Of a DNA stretch of 64,000 nt, positions 1-8,192 are shown in pieces. The notes beneath the pieces were generated by a model, which saw nothing but the letters and a program-made list of their open reading frames with translations, did no database searches and was not told the origin of the DNA. Within the stretch, counting starts at the first letter, position 1. Every line of letters starts with the position of its first letter. Where the stretch lies: NCBI GenBank assembly GCA_963811105.1, contig CAWEPZ010000011.1, positions 1,216,001-1,280,000 on the forward strand. Direction: 5' to 3'. This DNA is from Candidatus Bathyarchaeota archaeon. GTDB lineage: Archaea > Thermoproteota > Bathyarchaeia > Bathyarchaeales > Bathycorpusculaceae. A program made the translations under genes and the position numbers.

Positions 1-321
1 GAGTTTCTTGTTGCTCGTTTTGGTGGTGTCAGAGCGGTTTACTCAGGCAGAGGCTTCCATATGCACGTTTTTGACAAAGAAGCCTATCAGCTAAGCGCCC
101 TGCAAAGGCTGGAACTATCGCAGCAAGTAAAAAAAGAAGGTTTTCACATCGACGAGTGGGTCACATCAGGAGAAATGCGTTTGATACGCTTACCATACAG
201 TCTAAATGGTTTAGTTTCAAGGACCGTGTTACCACTAACAAAAGCGGAACTGCAAAGCTTTGACGCAGTCCATGATGAAAGAGTGTTGCCAAGGTTTCTG
301 GATAAAAAAGTTACTTTTTAA
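1..321 (+). CDS. Archaeo-eukaryotic primase (PriS-like) protein, C-terminal part, 5'-truncated by window edge
   Basis: Frame open from base 1: AVYSGRGFHMHV (AEP motif II SGxGxH) and RLIRLPYSLN motif. Confidence 0.7.
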   Translation, partial: EFLVARFGGVRAVYSGRGFHMHVFDKEAYQLSALQRLELSQQVKKEGFHIDEWVTSGEMRLIRLPYSLNGLVSRTVLPLTKAELQSFDAVHDERVLPRFLDKKVTF

Positions 322-409
322 CTTCTTTAGCTTTTTTCTCTTTCTTTGCATAATACGCTTTCTTTTTCTTTTCCTCTTCTGCTTTTGTCAGTTTAACTGG
401 TTTTGCCAT
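311..409 (-). CDS. Unannotated 32-aa Lys-rich small protein (MAKPVKLTKAEEEKKKKAYYAKKEKKAKEVKK)
   Basis: ATG at 409, TAA at 311, TGAGG RBS-like sequence just upstream; below the ORF-track cutoff. Confidence 0.5.
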   Translation of the reverse strand: MAKPVKLTKAEEEKKKKAYYAKKEKKAKEVKK

Positions 410-525
410 GAAAATCCTCAATAGAATTATCTACGCGTTGCATAAAAGATTTTCCAATCCATAATTTTTTTGAAAAGTTTATTTGCTTTTAGCGATTCTT
501 TTCAAGGTGCCATTGAGGTTGATTT

Positions 526-1908
526 ATGGAGAACTTTGACGTAATTGTGATTGGTTCAGGCTCAGGCATGCTTGTAGCTTCAGCTGCCGTTGATCAAGGC
601 TTAAGAGTCGCACTGGTTGAACATGGCAAAATGGGTGGCACATGCATAAACGTAGGTTGCGTGCCGTCAAAAATGTTGATTTACCCTACAGATGTTATTG
701 CCACCATTAAAGAGTCAGCCAAGCTAGGTATTCATGCAACTGTGGATTCGGTCGATTTCAAAAATATAATGAATAGAATGCATGCGCTGGTCAACCACGA
801 CTCAGAGCATCAGGCAAATGCGGTTGAAGCCACGCCAAACCTAACATGGTTCAAAGAGACTGGAGAGTTTATCTCCGATTACACCATGCAGGTGGGCGCA
901 CACACAATTACTGCAGAGATCATTTTTATTGTTTCAGGCGCACGACCAGATACACCATTAATCAAAGGAATTGACAAAGTAGATTATCTAAATAGCGACA
1001 ATGTTCTGGAACTGCAAACTCCCCCCAAAAGCATTATCATCGTGGGCGGAGGCTATATTGGCATGGAATATGGACACTTCTTTTCCGGAATCGGCACAAA
1101 AACCACAATACTTCAAAGACCAAACCGAGTGCTGCCTGAGGAGGAACCTGAAATCTCCGAGTTGCTAAAAATAGATATGGGGCATCGGATGGAAATATAC
1201 ACTGACTTTGAGGTTATGGAAGCAAAACAAGAGGGTTCAGTGAAAACTGTTGTTGCGAGAAATCGACAAGCTGGCAGCCAGAAGGAGTTCTCGGCTGAAG
1301 CTATAATGATTGCAACAGGCAGGATGTCCAACGCAGATATCCTTAAACCAGAAAAAACAGGTGTAAAACTGGACGAGCATAATTTCATAGCAGTAGATGA
1401 TTACCTACAAACAAGCAAAAAAAACATTTGGGCTTTCGGCGATGCCATAGGCAAATACATGTTTAAGCATGTTGCCAACTATGAGGCAGGCATAGCTTGG
1501 CACAACGCTTTTCATGACCACAAGGTTAAAGTGGATTTTTCAGCAGCTCCTCACGCGGTTTTTAGTCACCCACAAGTTGCCAGTGTAGGATTAACAGAGG
1601 AAGAGGCGAAACTGCAAAATCGCACACTCTTAGTTGGAATAGGACTTTACCGGGACACTGCAATGGGTGCCGCTATGGGGTACTTGGATGGGTTCGTAAA
1701 AGTTTTGGTTGACGGAGAAACAAGAAAAATTCTTGGCGGACACATCATTGGTCCTGAAGCGTCAATTCTCATTCAGGAAATTGTCAATGCAATGGTGTTT
1801 CCAAATGGAAGTTTTGCTCCGATCGCTCAAGGCATGCATATTCATCCTGCAATGTCAGAGGTTGTGCAGAACGCTTTTGGCAACCTCGCACCAGCAAAAA
1901 TTCCTTGA
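526..1908 (+). CDS. Class I pyridine nucleotide-disulfide oxidoreductase (DLD/mycothione/glutathione reductase family)
   Basis: GSGSG FAD motif, GGTCINVGCVPSK redox disulfide, GGGYIG NAD(P) motif, C-terminal HPAMSE. Confidence 0.9.
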   Translation: MENFDVIVIGSGSGMLVASAAVDQGLRVALVEHGKMGGTCINVGCVPSKMLIYPTDVIATIKESAKLGIHATVDSVDFKNIMNRMHALVNHDSEHQANAVEATPNLTWFKETGEFISDYTMQVGAHTITAEIIFIVSGARPDTPLIKGIDKVDYLNSDNVLELQTPPKSIIIVGGGYIGMEYGHFFSGIGTKTTILQRPNRVLPEEEPEISELLKIDMGHRMEIYTDFEVMEAKQEGSVKTVVARNRQAGSQKEFSAEAIMIATGRMSNADILKPEKTGVKLDEHNFIAVDDYLQTSKKNIWAFGDAIGKYMFKHVANYEAGIAWHNAFHDHKVKVDFSAAPHAVFSHPQVASVGLTEEEAKLQNRTLLVGIGLYRDTAMGAAMGYLDGFVKVLVDGETRKILGGHIIGPEASILIQEIVNAMVFPNGSFAPIAQGMHIHPAMSEVVQNAFGNLAPAKIP

Positions 1909-1982
1909 ACTCTTCAAACGTCTCCTTTCGTTCTAATGTAAACAGTTATATTTGGCTTAAACCAAATTTTAGTGGTGAGAAA

Positions 1983-2267
1983 ATGCAGTTCTCAAAAGTT
2001 TCTGGAAAAAAAAACGACCACAAAGTCACATTATATGCCTTAAGTACTTGCGTTTGGTGCAAGCTAACAAAACAGTTTCTAAATGAAAATGGCATCGAAT
2101 ACGAGTTTATTGATGTTGACATGCTTGAAGATGATGAAAAAACAAAAGCCCATGAAACAATTACCAGCAAAGGCGGAATGCTAAGTTACCCGACTATAAT
2201 TGTTGACGACAGAGTTGTGATTACTGGTTTTCGTAAAGATAAGCTCAAGGAGGTACTTGGCGTTTGA
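1983..2267 (+). CDS. Glutaredoxin/NrdH-like redoxin
   Basis: TCVWC active site, cis-Pro YPTI, GF motif; ATG at 1983 after GGTGAG RBS. Confidence 0.9.
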   Translation: MQFSKVSGKKNDHKVTLYALSTCVWCKLTKQFLNENGIEYEFIDVDMLEDDEKTKAHETITSKGGMLSYPTIIVDDRVVITGFRKDKLKEVLGV

Positions 2268-2839
2268 CGACAATAGAGGAAACTCGAAGAAGAGCGGAAG
2301 CTGACGCTAAAACCTACGGATATTACCTTACACCTCAACCTGAACTTTTAACTGCGTTCCTTGAAGGACTAAAGACAAATGAAGACCGCTACGGTTACCC
2401 CTTATGCCCGTGTAGGCTTACTTCAGGCAATTTCGAGTATGATCGAGATATAATTTGTCCATGCGACTACCGGGACCCAGATGTAGACCAATATGGAGCT
2501 TGTTATTGCAGACTTTACGTTAACAAACGAGTTTATGAAAGCAAAAGCTTGCCTGAAGTTCCAGAGAGAAGACCCCTCGAGAAACAAGCTAGAGCCTACG
2601 GACCCGAAGCCATAGCTAAACAAACATCAGCCGACGGAATGCAGCCAAAACCGCCAACGTCATCGACACCGGTTCCCCAAGCTGTAAAGCCTGAACCAGT
2701 GGTTAAGAAGAAGCTCTGGTATTGCAAACAATGTGGTTACGTTGTGTTCAGGGAGGATCCACCGTATGTTTGCCCAATATGCAAGGCCAAAAAGGAGTTG
2801 TTTGCTGAAATAAACAGCAGTATTGAATTTAGGGGTTAA
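2264..2839 (+). CDS. Ferredoxin:thioredoxin reductase catalytic domain fused to C-terminal rubredoxin (FDR-like)
   Basis: CPC, CPC, CYC motifs; Pro-rich linker; WYCKQCGY...CPICKA rubredoxin domain. Confidence 0.9.
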   Translation: MTTIEETRRRAEADAKTYGYYLTPQPELLTAFLEGLKTNEDRYGYPLCPCRLTSGNFEYDRDIICPCDYRDPDVDQYGACYCRLYVNKRVYESKSLPEVPERRPLEKQARAYGPEAIAKQTSADGMQPKPPTSSTPVPQAVKPEPVVKKKLWYCKQCGYVVFREDPPYVCPICKAKKELFAEINSSIEFRG

Positions 2840-2846
2840 CAGCGAG

Positions 2847-2996
2847 CTATTGTTGGAGTTCTATCTCGATTTTTTTCCAATCCGATTTTATTCCTTTAAG
2901 AGAGCCTACGGCACCAGTTATGGTTCCGTTTAAGATATTTGACACAAAATCATTTAGTGGAATTTCTTTTCCGTCAACTTTAAGTTTTAAACTCAA
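2847..2996 (-). CDS. Unannotated 49-aa protein resembling the stand-alone C-terminal module of archaeal MobB
   Basis: TTG start after GGTGA RBS; MSLKLKVDGKEIPLNDFVSNILNGTITGAVGSLKGIKSDWKKIEIELQQ. Confidence 0.6.
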   Translation of the reverse strand: MSLKLKVDGKEIPLNDFVSNILNGTITGAVGSLKGIKSDWKKIEIELQQ

Positions 2997-3044
2997 GCTT
3001 ATTCACCATAGGTATTGCTTAGTTGAGGTGAAGAGTAAAAAAGT

Positions 3045-3058
3045 TTGTGCAACCTTAA
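3045..3058. repeat. 14-bp direct repeat copy 1 (TTGTGCAACCTTAA), overlapping stop codon of NuoM-like gene
   Basis: Identical to 4587-4600. Confidence 0.85.
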
Positions 3059-4581
3059 ATGAAGTGCACTGTTCCAATTAAGTTAAGGAACATAGTTGGG
3101 TAAATTCCGACCAATATCACAAGCACGGCAAGTATTATCATGCCTGCCTGCATGAACTTGGGAACATTGAATGTTTTAACTTCAGTTTTCGGTGGACCGA
3201 AGAACACGTTTGAAATGAATCTTAGCGAATAACCCAATGATAATACAGTCGCAACAAGCATAAGAGCAGTTGGAATAATGTAAAAGCTGCCAAACCCGCC
3301 TGTCGCCATTATCACTTGGAAAGCGCCTATAAAAATCAAGACCTCGCTTATGAAGCATGCAAATGGCGGCGTTCCCGCCAAGCTCAACGCGGCTGTTATT
3401 GATGAAGTGGCAGTACCTGGCATTTTCCCTGCTAGTCCGCCCATCTCCCGCATATTTCTGGTAGCAAGTTGACTACTTATGGCTCCCGCAGTAAGGAAGA
3501 ATAATCCTTTGCTAAAGCCATGAGTTATCACTTGAAGTACTGTTCCGTTTATTGCCATTGAAACTGGCGCTCCATTGGAGATAGTAAAGAAAAGAGAAAA
3601 GCCAAACATGATATAGCCCATATGGGAAATGCTCGAGTAAGCCATTATTTTTTTGATGTCCGTTTCCCTCAACGCAAGGAAGGAGCCGAAAAACGCTGAA
3701 ATAACCCCTAAAATGCTTAATCCATACAGGAAGTCGGCTGCAAAAGCCGCACTGTTAGCTACAAGCGCTGGCAGAACAACGCCAAGTGAGATTCTTATAA
3801 CGGCATAGGCCCCTGCGCTGGTCAAGACTCCGGCTAACAGGGCGGACATTGGAGCGGGTGCTTCCGTGTAAGCATCAGGTAGCCAAGAGTGCAGGGGTAC
3901 GATTGCCATTTTAACGGCGAATCCAGCGGTCACTGCAATAAGTACCCATTTGACGATATCAACATTAGCGGACCCAAGCAATGTCGCAGCTTTAAACATG
4001 TCTAAGCTGCCGGTGAGCATGAAGATGCCTCCAATACCTAAAATGATAAACACAGCACCTGCATGGGTATAAATAAAGAATTTGAAGGCAGCTTTGTAGG
4101 ATTCTTTGTGCCCCCAGTTACCCAATATAAAGTATGCTGGAACGATCATGAGTTCCCAGAAGAAATAAAACAACAGCAGGTTCTGGGCTATGAAAACACC
4201 TACTAAGCCCACAGTTAGAAGCGCCATCAATGCGTAATAAGTTGGCAGGTTCTTTTTACCTTCCATATAGTTTATAGAGAAAACTACCGCCGCTAAAATT
4301 ATGACCAAAGTCATTATTACCATGGATAAGCTTATCCCATCAACAAAAAGTGTGAATTGAGTGTTTAATACTACTGGAATCCATTCATAAGACTCTTGAT
4401 ACATATTATGATTAGCACTGTTAAGGACGGCTGGAACGGTGGTCAAAATTAGTGTTAAATCTACCATAGCAATTATCGCTATAGCGAGTGCCGCCATTCG
4501 TGCGGATTTCTTTCCTGCTAAGTAAACGAATGGAAAGCCTAAAGCAGGTATTAACAGCGCTGCAAGGAGAGTATATCCCAT
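3055..4581 (-). CDS. nuoM: Complex I subunit M / Mrp antiporter-like proton-translocating membrane protein
   Basis: FFWELM, KFFIYT, VKMAIVPLHSWLPDAYTEAPAPMSALLAG, AYSSISHMG motifs; about 14 TM segments. Confidence 0.85.
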   Translation of the reverse strand: MGYTLLAALLIPALGFPFVYLAGKKSARMAALAIAIIAMVDLTLILTTVPAVLNSANHNMYQESYEWIPVVLNTQFTLFVDGISLSMVIMTLVIILAAVVFSINYMEGKKNLPTYYALMALLTVGLVGVFIAQNLLLFYFFWELMIVPAYFILGNWGHKESYKAAFKFFIYTHAGAVFIILGIGGIFMLTGSLDMFKAATLLGSANVDIVKWVLIAVTAGFAVKMAIVPLHSWLPDAYTEAPAPMSALLAGVLTSAGAYAVIRISLGVVLPALVANSAAFAADFLYGLSILGVISAFFGSFLALRETDIKKIMAYSSISHMGYIMFGFSLFFTISNGAPVSMAINGTVLQVITHGFSKGLFFLTAGAISSQLATRNMREMGGLAGKMPGTATSSITAALSLAGTPPFACFISEVLIFIGAFQVIMATGGFGSFYIIPTALMLVATVLSLGYSLRFISNVFFGPPKTEVKTFNVPKFMQAGMIILAVLVILVGIYPTMFLNLIGTVHFI

Positions 4582-4586
4582 TTTGC

Positions 4587-4600
4587 TTGTGCAACCTTAA
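4587..4600. repeat. 14-bp direct repeat copy 2 (TTGTGCAACCTTAA), in RBS region of NuoM-like gene
   Basis: Identical to 3045-3058. Confidence 0.85.
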
Positions 4601-4668
4601 TCCCATTTGGACGTTTCTTCAATAAAAAACTATAGGAAGTCTTTAATGTTTCTTTTCATTGGCTTTTA

Positions 4669-4785
4669 CTAGTTAGTTGTAATATTTTGATTTCTCTTTT
4701 TTCTTGCAAGTACATACTCAACAAACGAGAAAGATAACGAGCCTACTCCTGCAACGCCTGCAAGAACAATACTAAAGTCAATCAT
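4669..4785 (-). CDS. Unannotated 38-aa single-TM micropeptide A
   Basis: AGGAGG RBS then ATG; MIDFSIVLAGVAGVGSLSFSFVEYVLARKKRNQNITTN; paralogous to 4958-5086. Confidence 0.7.
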   Translation of the reverse strand: MIDFSIVLAGVAGVGSLSFSFVEYVLARKKRNQNITTN

Positions 4786-4957
4786 CGCTTCGCCTCCTAA
4801 TGGTCATTCTATTTTTTTTAATTCTTCAATGCAAAACAGCTCATTCCATATAAGGTTATTTGAGAAAAATTCACAATTCATGTTGAAACTCAACGTTTGT
4901 TTCATCCAAAAAAGGGAATAAGAGAAGAACCTTGTTGACTACAAACCTTTTTTCTCT

Positions 4958-5086
4958 TCACGGTTTGGATACTGAGCAGACTCCCCTTCTTCTCCTCGTT
5001 ACAGCATATTCAGCAAATGATACAATTAAAGAGCCAGCGCCAAAAGCACTCACAACAAGTATTGTTGTATCTATCACGCATATCAT
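4958..5086 (-). CDS. Unannotated 39-42-aa single-TM micropeptide B
   Basis: (MIC)VIDTTILVVSAFGAGSLIVSFAEYAVTRRRRGVCSVSKP; GGAG upstream; ATG 5086 or GTG 5077; paralogous to 4669-4785. Confidence 0.65.
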   Translation of the reverse strand: MICVIDTTILVVSAFGAGSLIVSFAEYAVTRRRRGVCSVSKP

Positions 5087-5148
5087 CTCCATTAATTTTG
5101 CCTTATCAGCAAACGCGTTGATGAAAATATAAATATAATTGAGATTTG

Positions 5149-5165
5149 TTCATAAAAATTATGAA
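5149..5165. promoter_or_regulatory. Inverted repeat TTCATAA-AAA-TTATGAA upstream of micropeptide B
   Basis: Perfect 7-bp arms, but AT-rich context. Confidence 0.35.
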
Positions 5166-5215
5166 TTATTAGATAAACAATTTGATAAATAGCAAAATAA
5201 TTAACAAATTACAGT

Positions 5216-5782
5216 TTAAAGTTTAGATGCAACTGGTTTAAAAATTACTCTGAGCTTAGTCAAATTCTCTTTTATCTCCGCTTTAACGCCCATGGCTGCA
5301 AAGTATTCTTCAAGAAATATTCTGATGAAGTCTTTAGAAGTCTCAGAAACCAAAACTAAGGTGTAGTCGTTTGGGGTGTTCTTTGTTAGCCGGTAAAAGT
5401 TGCACATCTCAAGTCTGTTCAGCAATTCTTCAGTTGAATGTACCTTTGTTTTAAGCTGTTCCCAGTGAGCTCGGGCAACTTCTTTATGCTCGCTCCAAAA
5501 CTTTTCACGCTCAGGAGACGTAGCGATTAACCGTAAGAACATTAGCCAGTGGTCAACGTCAAGGATAATGTGTTCGCCGTTAAGAAGCATATCTAGGTAA
5601 GCGTGTATCTTTTTCCTGGTTGCAGGATCTTCGAGAGCCTTATTTTCACTGTAAAATTTTAAGGCGCGTCGCATGATTTCGCTTTGTGATACTTGCCCTT
5701 CAGTGCTTATTTTTTCCAGTAAGTCGGCTGTTGTTTTGTCGAATGCGACTGTTACTCTTGTAGGGTTCACCATAATAAACAC
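5216..5782 (-). CDS. CopG/ribbon-helix-helix regulator with C-terminal putative ligand-binding domain
   Basis: RVTVAFD...SQSEIMRRALKFY RHH signature; HIILDVDHW and CNFY in C-terminal domain. Confidence 0.8.
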   Translation of the reverse strand: MFIMVNPTRVTVAFDKTTADLLEKISTEGQVSQSEIMRRALKFYSENKALEDPATRKKIHAYLDMLLNGEHIILDVDHWLMFLRLIATSPEREKFWSEHKEVARAHWEQLKTKVHSTEELLNRLEMCNFYRLTKNTPNDYTLVLVSETSKDFIRIFLEEYFAAMGVKAEIKENLTKLRVIFKPVASKL

Positions 5783-5800
5783 TTTACCCTAATTCAACAC

Positions 5801-5820
5801 ATTTCCAAGCTATAGGAAAT
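5801..5820. promoter_or_regulatory. Palindrome ATTTCC-N8-GGAAAT beside TATA box of RHH gene; CTATAGGAA shared with NuoM promoter (4630-4638)
   Basis: Read directly from sequence. Confidence 0.45.
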
Positions 5821-5978
5821 TATATAAGCATTACGCACAACAAACAAAGAAAAAGATTGCAAATTTAAAGTAATTCACGGATTTTATATACAAATGTTAA
5901 ACGTTAACTAACCCAGTTAAACTTTTATTTCTAGTTATACTTACTCATTTCATGACGACTTTCCTAGGAGAAACACGG

Positions 5979-6638
5979 ATGAAAAAGCCGGAAATATATC
6001 TTGAACCCAAACAAAGGGCCGCAAAAGTAATCGAACTCCTTGAAAAAGAGTACCCCGACGCGAAAACTGCACTTAACTATACCAACCCCCTTGAAATATT
6101 GGTAGCCACGATGCTTTCTGCTCAAACAACCGACGAGAGAGTCAATATAGTTACAAAAAATCTTTTTAAGAAATATCACAAGCCTGAAGATTATGCCAAC
6201 GCAGACATAAAAGAGTTGGAACAAGATATACGGTCCACCGGCTTCTACCATAACAAAGCCAGAAATCTACAAAGATGCTGTCAACTTCTTGTAGATAAGT
6301 ATCACTCTCAGGTGCCTAAAACAATGGAGGAACTGATTGAGCTTCCTGGAGTCGCAAGGAAAACCGCTAATATTGTCTTAGACAATGCTTTCGGCGTAAT
6401 TGCGGGCATTGCAGTGGATACTCATGTGCGAAGGCTTTCACTGAGGCTTGGACTTACTGTGTATGATGATCCTGCTAAAATAGAATCAGAATTAATGGAA
6501 ATAATTCCTAAAGAGAAATGGATGAAACTGACTGACCTGCTGATTTTTCACGGCAGGCAAGTGTGCATTGCAAGAAGGCCCAAATGCGAAACATGCGTGC
6601 TAAATAAGATTTGTCCATGTGCTTTTTCTTTTGGCTAG
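5979..6638 (+). CDS. nth: Endonuclease III
   Basis: LSAQTTD, HhH LPGVARKTANIV, VDTHV, C-x6-C-x2-C-x5-C Fe-S motif. Confidence 0.95.
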   Translation: MKKPEIYLEPKQRAAKVIELLEKEYPDAKTALNYTNPLEILVATMLSAQTTDERVNIVTKNLFKKYHKPEDYANADIKELEQDIRSTGFYHNKARNLQRCCQLLVDKYHSQVPKTMEELIELPGVARKTANIVLDNAFGVIAGIAVDTHVRRLSLRLGLTVYDDPAKIESELMEIIPKEKWMKLTDLLIFHGRQVCIARRPKCETCVLNKICPCAFSFG

Positions 6639-6691
6639 AAACAGCAGCAATTTATATACCCTCCAGCTTCTAGAAATTGAGGACTAATCTT

Positions 6692-7171
6692 ATGTCAGCT
6701 AAAATTAAAGTCGGAGACACGTCACCAGACTTCACATTACCCGACACCGAAATGAAAATCAGAAGCTTAAAAGAATTTTTGGGGCAAAAAATCGTTTTGG
6801 CATTTATTGTTGGAGCATTCACCACAACTTGCACAAAAGAAATGTGTGAATTCCGTGATTCTATGGCTAGGCTTACCGATTTGAAGGCTCAAGTTATCGG
6901 AGTAAGTGTCAATGACCCTTTCAGCAACAAAGCTTTTTCAGAAAAAAACAGGCTACCTTTTCCAGTACTTAGCGATTACAAACGCGAAGTCATCAAAACT
7001 TACGGATTAGAAAATCCCAATTTTTCAGGTCTTAACGGTTATACGGTTGCTAAACGTTCGATTTTTATCTTGGATTCAAAAGGCGTGGTTCGGTATGTTT
7101 GGGTTTCTGATGATCCCTCGGTTGAACCAAACTATCAGGAAATTCAAAAAGCTCTAGAACAAATCACTTAA
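6692..7171 (+). CDS. Peroxiredoxin, BCP/PrxQ type
   Basis: [11 protein letters not shown] (Cp-x4-Cr), KRSIFILD; the usual Pro of PxxxTxxC is replaced by Val. Confidence 0.9.
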   Translation: MSAKIKVGDTSPDFTLPDTEMKIRSLKEFLGQKIVLAFIVGAFTTTCTKEMCEFRDSMARLTDLKAQVIGVSVNDPFSNKAFSEKNRLPFPVLSDYKREVIKTYGLENPNFSGLNGYTVAKRSIFILDSKGVVRYVWVSDDPSVEPNYQEIQKALEQIT

Positions 7172-7189
7172 ACCTAATTGCTTCTTTTT

Positions 7190-7748
7190 TATCCTCAGTG
7201 AACATCCATCGGCGTTCAATTAAGGACATAGTCTGATATTTTTCCTACTATCAGCGAAGAACCCATTCTTTGTAGCGGTTTTCGCTGCTCTTTAACGCTA
7301 AGCGCAGTTTCAGTTACTAACTTCTCAAGTTTTCTGCTTGGCAGAATCACCGAAGACCTAGCCGATATAATGACGCTACAAAACTTGATGAATTAACGCA
7401 TAAGCGACATACAGACAAAAAGGAACGAGACAAGTCCTTGCTGTTAGTACAGAAACTGTTTACGTTACTTGGGAAACAAATACACAGATCTAATCTTTAA
7501 GGGGCAATAATTTCTGGAACAACTACTTTCTTAGCGGGAATCGTTCCAATAGCAACCTATCTGGTTCTTCCTCTCTACTATAACATTTTTGTTTCACTCA
7601 TTGAAGTTACCGTCATCTCAGGCGTATTTCTGGTGAGATACCGTTCAAAGAACCCGGGTAAACTGGAGAGTCCCACTTGCGGAAACCATAGCAATCGTCA
7701 TAATTGCAACAGTTGTGTTTTTACTACTTGGTGCAATAGCTGGCTAAG
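7190..7748 (+). pseudogene. Decayed membrane protein gene, possibly VIT1/CCC1-like; boundaries approximate
   Basis: Interrupted hydrophobic frames: GAIISGTTTFLAGIVPIATYLVLPLYYNIFVSLIEVTVISGVFLVRY and VNWRVPLAETIAIVIIATVVFLLLGAIAG*. Confidence 0.45.
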
Positions 7749-8169
7749 CAAAATTATGATGCTCTACCATCAAACACTTATTCATAACGACAACTAAACC
7801 GGCCTTCTGAGCTGCCTCAGCAGCCTTCTCATTAACTATTCCAAGCTGCATCCAAATAACAATAGGATGACCGAACATCTGCTTAAGTTTAATTGCTTGC
7901 TCAACTATTGGCGGTACATCTTTTGGTGGTCTAAAGATATCGATTATTTCTATGTTTTTTTGAATTACAGGCGGAATATCAAGCAAGTTCTGATAGCTTT
8001 TTTCGCCAAGAACTTCATCGGCAAAAGGGTTGACGGGTATAATGTGGTAGCCATGTTGTTTTAGGTAAGCGCTGACTTTATAGCTATCTTTCTCAGGCTC
8101 TTTAGATAAACCGACTACTGCGATTACCTTGTATTTTTTTATGATTTCTTTAGTCTGATCTTGACTCAA
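7744..8169 (-). CDS. CoA-binding protein (YccU family)
   Basis: IAVVGLS, IIPVNP, DIFRP, WMQLGI, NKCLMVEH. Confidence 0.9.
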   Translation of the reverse strand: MSQDQTKEIIKKYKVIAVVGLSKEPEKDSYKVSAYLKQHGYHIIPVNPFADEVLGEKSYQNLLDIPPVIQKNIEIIDIFRPPKDVPPIVEQAIKLKQMFGHPIVIWMQLGIVNEKAAEAAQKAGLVVVMNKCLMVEHHNFA

Positions 8170-8192
8170 CTAACCCTTTCCTCATTGTTATC

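Noticed and set aside
526-1908. Mercuric reductase call
   Set aside because: No C-terminal Cys-Cys pair or N-terminal HMA domain
4932-5132. Plus-strand 66-aa ORF
   Set aside because: Antisense to micropeptide B, which has paralog support
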